A stretch of 64,000 bases of DNA from Candidatus Bathyarchaeota archaeon. Lineage in GTDB: Archaea; Thermoproteota; Bathyarchaeia; TCS64. The DNA lies in assembly GCA_963769425.1 (NCBI GenBank), contig CAVYLP010000003.1:256001-320000 (forward strand), in the 5' to 3' direction. The notes beneath the pieces were generated by a model. It did not search any database, was not told the DNA's origin, and saw only the letters and a program-made list of their open reading frames with translations. Positions 59,211 to 64,000 of the stretch are shown piece by piece; position 1 is the first letter of the stretch; each line of letters begins with the position of its first letter. Made by a program: the position numbers and the translations under genes.

Positions 59211-60020
59211 AGGCGTAGGCCACAGGGAGCTGGCTTACCGTCGAGGTACACTGCGCCGTTCTCGAGGGAGAACCTGCCCTCGGCGATCATCTCGACGGTC
59301 AACGGGTAGATCACCCAGTCACCCTCCTGTTTGAGGCGGTCCTGGTGCTCCTCGACAACTGCTTTGAGTAGCTCCTTGTCCTCCCTGAGCTTATCCAACG
59401 TGATCCCTTCGGGGAGCATGATGGGGACTGGCTTGGAGACGACCAGTATCTCACCGTTGTCAACCTTCTCCCTCACCACGTGGGTCGTAGAGCGTATCTC
59501 CTGCTCCCCTGCAAGTATGGCGTCCCTTACCGTGTGCACCCCCACGTACCTCCGCTCCCCGTTAAGGGTAACCGTCAGGTCCGCCGGGTGGACGTTTATT
59601 ATCTTCCCATCGTAGCGGTCGAGGAGGGGCCTCGTTGTTATGCTCATGTACCCGGCTAGGGCGATGAGATCGATTTTGTGCCTCTCGATGTGCCGCGACA
59701 ACCAGTTTATCGAAGTCGGGGCGCAGGCTTAGGTCCTTCTTCGACGAGTGACCGCAGGAGGCGTAGAAGTCCATGATGTCGACGCACTCGTAGGCTATCC
59801 CGTACTCCTTCGCGATGTCGAGAGCTCTGCACGCCTTCTTCCCTTCCTTATCCACTGTCTCATCCTTGACGTCCGTGAAGATTAACTCTACACGGTACCC
59901 CGCCTTGGGCCGCTGGCTTCGCTCTATGATCCTCCGGGCGTTGGTTCCGGAGCCGGACATGAAGCAGACGACCCTCATTAGCTGTCCCGCGGCGGGGGCG
60001 TAGATGGGTGTGGGGGCCAT
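59207..60020 (-). CDS. purN: Phosphoribosylglycinamide formyltransferase-like, frameshift near 59697
   Basis: FMSGSGTN in the upstream ORF; LAGYM, INVHP, STTH..VDNGEI in the downstream ORF. Confidence 0.8.
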
Positions 60021-60140
60021 GCTGATAGGTTCCCGGGTCCGAAAATAAATGTGCTTGGTCACTTTCGGCGGCCCCTCTCCCCGCGGATGCTGCGGCTCGC
60101 TTATAACCCGATGAAGGGGGTTTTATGTGCGAGGATAGAA

Positions 60141-60296
60141 TTGGCTCAAGACATTGTGGTAGACATCCACGACGGCGAGGAGTCTAGTGATGACTCCCCG
60201 TTAGCGGTGTGCAAGGGCTGCGGGAAGCTCGTCCCTCGGACGAACCTCTGTCTCTACTGCGGCTCACCTATACTCTATGGGAAACACCCTTCCTAA
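60141..60296 (+). CDS. Small zinc-ribbon protein
   Basis: CKGC..CLYCG. Confidence 0.55.
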   Translation: MAQDIVVDIHDGEESSDDSPLAVCKGCGKLVPRTNLCLYCGSPILYGKHPS

Positions 60297-60335
60297 CCGT
60301 TTTAACCGCCTGGCACCCCTTTCTCTTCGACCATT

Positions 60336-61181
60336 ATGGCGAATAAACCAGATCGCGTTTTCATCTCCATCGACATGGAGGGTATATCCAGCGTCGTCGA
60401 CTGGACCCACGTCGACATGAACCACCCCGAGTACGCCTACTATCGAAAAATGATGGCGGGTGACCTGAACGCCGCCATCGACGGCGCACTAGCCGCGGGG
60501 GCGAAGGAGATCGTGGTGAGCGACGCTCACGGCGGGATGAGGAACCTCATACCCGAGGACGTAAACGAGGCCGCGTACCTCATCAGGGGTAGCCCGAAGC
60601 CGGACAGCATGATGGAGGGCATCGATGACGGCCACTACGATGCGGCCCTCTTCGTCGGCTACCACTCCATGGTCGGCACCGAGAACGGGATACTCGCTCA
60701 CACGATCGCGGGGAGCACAGTCGACGGCGTGGTGATAAACGGGCGTGAGACGGGTGAGTTCGGGATGAACGCCGCCCTCGCGGGCTGGCACGGCGTCCCA
60801 GCCGTCTTCCTCGCGGGGGACTACGCCGCATGCGCCGAGGCGGAGAGCTTCGTCCCCGGAATCACCACGGCCCCCATCAAGTGGGCGGTCGGCAGGTACT
60901 CCGCCAAGTGTCTCCACCCCAACAAGAGCCGAGCCCTCATCAGACAGAAGGCGAAGGAGGCCCTGGAGGACATTGGTAAGGTGAACGCCTACTGGGTGAA
61001 CGAGCCCGTCGAGGTCAAGATGAGGTGGGCGACTCCCACGATGGCGGACGTCGTCAGCGTGCTCCCATACATGGAGCGCATCGACGGGAAGACGACGAGC
61101 TGCACCTTCGACGACTACCCGAGCGCCCTACGCGGGCTGCGCGCCTCCATCACCATGGCTGGCACCGCCGAGAAGCGGTAA
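60336..61181 (+). CDS. M55 D-aminopeptidase (DppA family)
   Basis: SIDMEG, DAHG, GYH, LAHT, GE, GD. Confidence 0.92.
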   Translation: MANKPDRVFISIDMEGISSVVDWTHVDMNHPEYAYYRKMMAGDLNAAIDGALAAGAKEIVVSDAHGGMRNLIPEDVNEAAYLIRGSPKPDSMMEGIDDGHYDAALFVGYHSMVGTENGILAHTIAGSTVDGVVINGRETGEFGMNAALAGWHGVPAVFLAGDYAACAEAESFVPGITTAPIKWAVGRYSAKCLHPNKSRALIRQKAKEALEDIGKVNAYWVNEPVEVKMRWATPTMADVVSVLPYMERIDGKTTSCTFDDYPSALRGLRASITMAGTAEKR

Positions 61182-61318
61182 ACCCCAGCCAGCGTTTGCG
61201 CGCGCGCTCGGAACTAATAAAGCAGTTTCATACTGATGTAGTTGTTATGAGAGAAAAGGAACGCGCGCGCAGGCATTCTCCAGTTCGCGCGATTGTTCAG
61301 TGTTTATGGATCTTGGGT

Positions 61319-61917
61319 CTTAGGTCGTGTCATAACGTATCGGGATCACTCAAAAGAACTGGACCAATAGAATCATAAGTCAAGATCTTCTTATCCCGCA
61401 CTCCATCGAATCTATAAATATCACTCAGGTTCTAGGTATTCTAATTATTAAGAAAATGAGCTTAGCGCACAAGCTCGGATAACCACTTCTTCATTACATT
61501 ATTTCTTTCGAGGCGCTCAAGCTCCTGTCTCACCGCTCTCGCTCTTTCCTCTATAGATCTAAGCCGGTTGATCATTTCAACGTTGGAATCGTTACCGCTC
61601 AACCCTCTCCCCCGTAGAAAAGATCAGATTTTTTCTTAATACACCTTAAGCACACATTGTTAGTTCAGATCAGTAGTCATTGAATACGGTTTTTGTTAAA
61701 TTTAACACATTCATGGGTTGATTTTCGTTATTACTTCTTAAATATATTCAATAATGGCTGTGAAACATCTAGCGATTTTTGGGTTCAAGTGCCCTGTAAA
61801 AATGACCTCTTCCTGTTAATCATCTTCCAATTTTCGCCGCATTGCTAACTGTTAGCAAACGGAGGTTCACGTGAATGATCGATGTAGGGCCTTAGGTCGT
61901 GTCATAACGTATCGGGA
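61319..61917 (+). repeat. Perfect 27-bp direct repeat pair (61319..61345 and 61891..61917)
   Basis: CTTAGGTCGTGTCATAACGTATCGGGA twice, 572 bp apart. Confidence 0.9.
61462..61602 (-). CDS. Putative 46-aa coiled-coil microprotein
   Basis: TTG start after GGGGAGAGGG; MSGNDSNVEMINRLRSIEERARAVRQELERLERNNVMKKWLSELVR. Confidence 0.4.
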   Translation of the reverse strand: MSGNDSNVEMINRLRSIEERARAVRQELERLERNNVMKKWLSELVR

Positions 61918-62540
61918 CCCGCGCGCGTATAAATAAATTAAAGTACTGTTCTCATGGATAATTAAAATCATTAATGTAAAAATAAAATTCATATTAAATA
62001 TTTATCTTTGTATAATGCAATTCCCGTTTCTAGCGGTATCAACAAGAATTTCCCAATGTAGGTCTCTAAAAAATTCATATCTTGGCTCGTCGCGCCATTC
62101 TCTTGACATCACTAAAAATTGCGTAGTTACTTTTTCGAAGGCTGCGCTATAATGACTGTCATGATGGGGAGTCTCCACCAGAAAATAAGGAACATTTCCA
62201 AATGTGCACGCGCAAAACAGTTACCCGAAATCTCACCAGCGTCCCGAAGAGACCACTTCACCATCTTTGTTAAGGCATTTCCTGATGCCTTAGACTACCT
62301 CATATCAACTTTCGCCCACAGACACAACCAAGTAAAAGGCTGAGAATCTCGCACCGTGAGCGTCTGAGCAAGCTGGTAAGAACGAAGGGACTTGAATCTA
62401 TATGGGTTCAGGTCCGTAAACTATTCGGAAAAGCCTCGGTTCCTGAAGCATCTATCAACTATTTGGACAATAAAAAATGGTAACTCATTTAGGAATATTT
62501 TTTTATTGGCACTATGTGACATCTATAAATCAGGCGTTAT

Positions 62541-63899
62541 TTACTTGGAGTTGAGAGCTTTAGCAAGCTTCACAGCTATTGCGGCCACGTCTTCCGCGGA
62601 TTCGCCTACGATAGTCACCATCGCCTCTTTACCCCAGTCTCCAACGTGGTAGATCGCGTCGGGGACTTTACCCGCCCTCCTGACTGCCTGCTCCGCGCCC
62701 CAGAATGTTGTTCCACCTTCACGGTTCTTTATTTCCGGTGGCTCCTGTCTTCGGTCGTAAAATGATACAGTGAGGCTCATCTCCTCGAGTTTTTTGATGA
62801 TGTCTTCTCCGTATCTAAGGTTTATTGCAGCTCTCTTAGAGTCCTCGAACGACTTTACTGCAAGTATTGTTCGGGCCACGTGGCTCGAAGCGCCGAATCG
62901 TGGGCAGCCAGTCGCCTTCACTCCATGGCTCATCCTCACTATTCGTCCCTCGATCGCGGCAATGTCCTTGATTCCAGTGGCGTAGGGGAGTGCCATACCG
63001 ATGTTCATCTGAACCTCAGCGACGAGGTCCCTCACCTCTGGACAGCTTTCCAGCATTAAGACGGCGTTTTGTAAGTTTTCTAGGACTTTGTATCTCTCTG
63101 CGTCGTTGAACAGCTTAGCTGCTGGGTTGAGTGGTCCGCTCCCTTTCCCGATTCTGAGACTGTATTTTATCGAGGTGTTGACGAAGTCCTTGGCCTCTGT
63201 TACCGATTCGGTTATCGTCTTACCCTTTGCTAATCCTGCTGCAATTGCTGAGGCGAAGCTACACCCTGTACCGTGTGTATCCTTTGTTTGGTGTCTTTCA
63301 CCAACAAGGAGGGAGAACTCCCCGTCGTGCAAGAGGATGTCGACTGCTTTATCTGTCTCGAATATGTGGCCGCCCTTCACAAGTACTGATTTCGGGCCCA
63401 TAGACTGGATTTTCTCGGCGGCTTTCTTACCGTCTTCAATAGTTGTTACTCTTACACCGGAGATTGCCTCGGCTTCCATGGCATTCGGGGTCACTACAGT
63501 CGCGAGTGGGAAGATCCTCTTGATGAGCGTCTCCTTAGCCTCCGGTAGGAGAAGTGGAGTGTTGCTCTTTGAGATCATCACCGGGTCTACGACGATGGGG
63601 CATTGTAGTTTCTCTAGTTCGTCGGCGACTGCGCCGATTATTTCGGAGGTGTGAAGCATTCCTGTCTTGACCGCATCTACGCCGATGTCGTCCACGACTG
63701 CTCTGATCTGGGCTTTGATTGAGTCGATTGGCAGGTCGTATACCGACCTTACTTCGACAGTGTTCTGGGCGGTCACCGATGTAATCGCTGACATTCCGTA
63801 CACCCCAAGGGCCATCATGGTCTTGAGGTCCTCCTGTATTCCGGCGCCGCCGCTCGAATCCGAGCCGGCGATCGTCAAGCATCTATATACTTTTCTCAT
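62541..63899 (-). CDS. thiD: Bifunctional HMP/HMP-P kinase - thiamine-phosphate synthase (ThiDN)
   Basis: AGSDSSGGAGIQED, KTGML, DPVM, TPN, HGTGC; C-terminal ThiN domain FGASSHVA, GDWGKE. Confidence 0.94.
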   Translation of the reverse strand: MRKVYRCLTIAGSDSSGGAGIQEDLKTMMALGVYGMSAITSVTAQNTVEVRSVYDLPIDSIKAQIRAVVDDIGVDAVKTGMLHTSEIIGAVADELEKLQCPIVVDPVMISKSNTPLLLPEAKETLIKRIFPLATVVTPNAMEAEAISGVRVTTIEDGKKAAEKIQSMGPKSVLVKGGHIFETDKAVDILLHDGEFSLLVGERHQTKDTHGTGCSFASAIAAGLAKGKTITESVTEAKDFVNTSIKYSLRIGKGSGPLNPAAKLFNDAERYKVLENLQNAVLMLESCPEVRDLVAEVQMNIGMALPYATGIKDIAAIEGRIVRMSHGVKATGCPRFGASSHVARTILAVKSFEDSKRAAINLRYGEDIIKKLEEMSLTVSFYDRRQEPPEIKNREGGTTFWGAEQAVRRAGKVPDAIYHVGDWGKEAMVTIVGESAEDVAAIAVKLAKALNSK

Positions 63900-64000
63900 G
63901 GCTTCACATCCTCTTCGTAGCAGGTCGATTCGTCTTTCCTTAAAACCTTGACTGATGCGTGGATTAGGTAAGGGTTTGTCATAGTTGTATCACCATATCC

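Noticed and set aside
59207-60062. Programmed frameshifting in purN, the transcarbamylase or M20 genes
   Set aside because: No slippery heptamers seen at the shift points; scattered indels are better explained by sequencing error
61960-62540. Short ORFs 62119..62343 and 62392..62652 and a possible decayed minus-strand gene
   Set aside because: No recognisable motifs and interrupted frames; no call can be supported

Overview
Archaeal chromosomal window, GC-rich overall. The archaeal information genes (rpo6/K, rpo7/E', spt4, S24e, S27ae, S25e, BHB-intron tRNAs, ATP-dependent DNA ligase) and the gene style suggest a TACK-group organism, probably Bathyarchaeia (inference). It holds about 65 mostly housekeeping or catabolic genes (amino-acid, peptide and acyl-CoA degradation), two intron-containing tRNAs and two low-GC intervals (about 27.9-30.3 kb and 61.2-62.5 kb). 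Several genes carry 1-bp frameshifts, clustered at 45-50 kb and probably assembly errors. The most unusual signal is non-coding: two intergenic arrays (8.02-8.25 kb and 34.39-34.74 kb) of the same 20-21 bp pseudo-palindromic motif on a ~22-bp lattice, linked by a perfect 32-bp inverted repeat 26.4 kb apart. Also notable: a shared upstream motif before three acyl-CoA catabolism genes, an IleRS with a GVHH signature, a tandem M20 triplet with one degenerate active site, and a tRNA-Gly with C33/C55. All calls were made by eye; no database searches were run.
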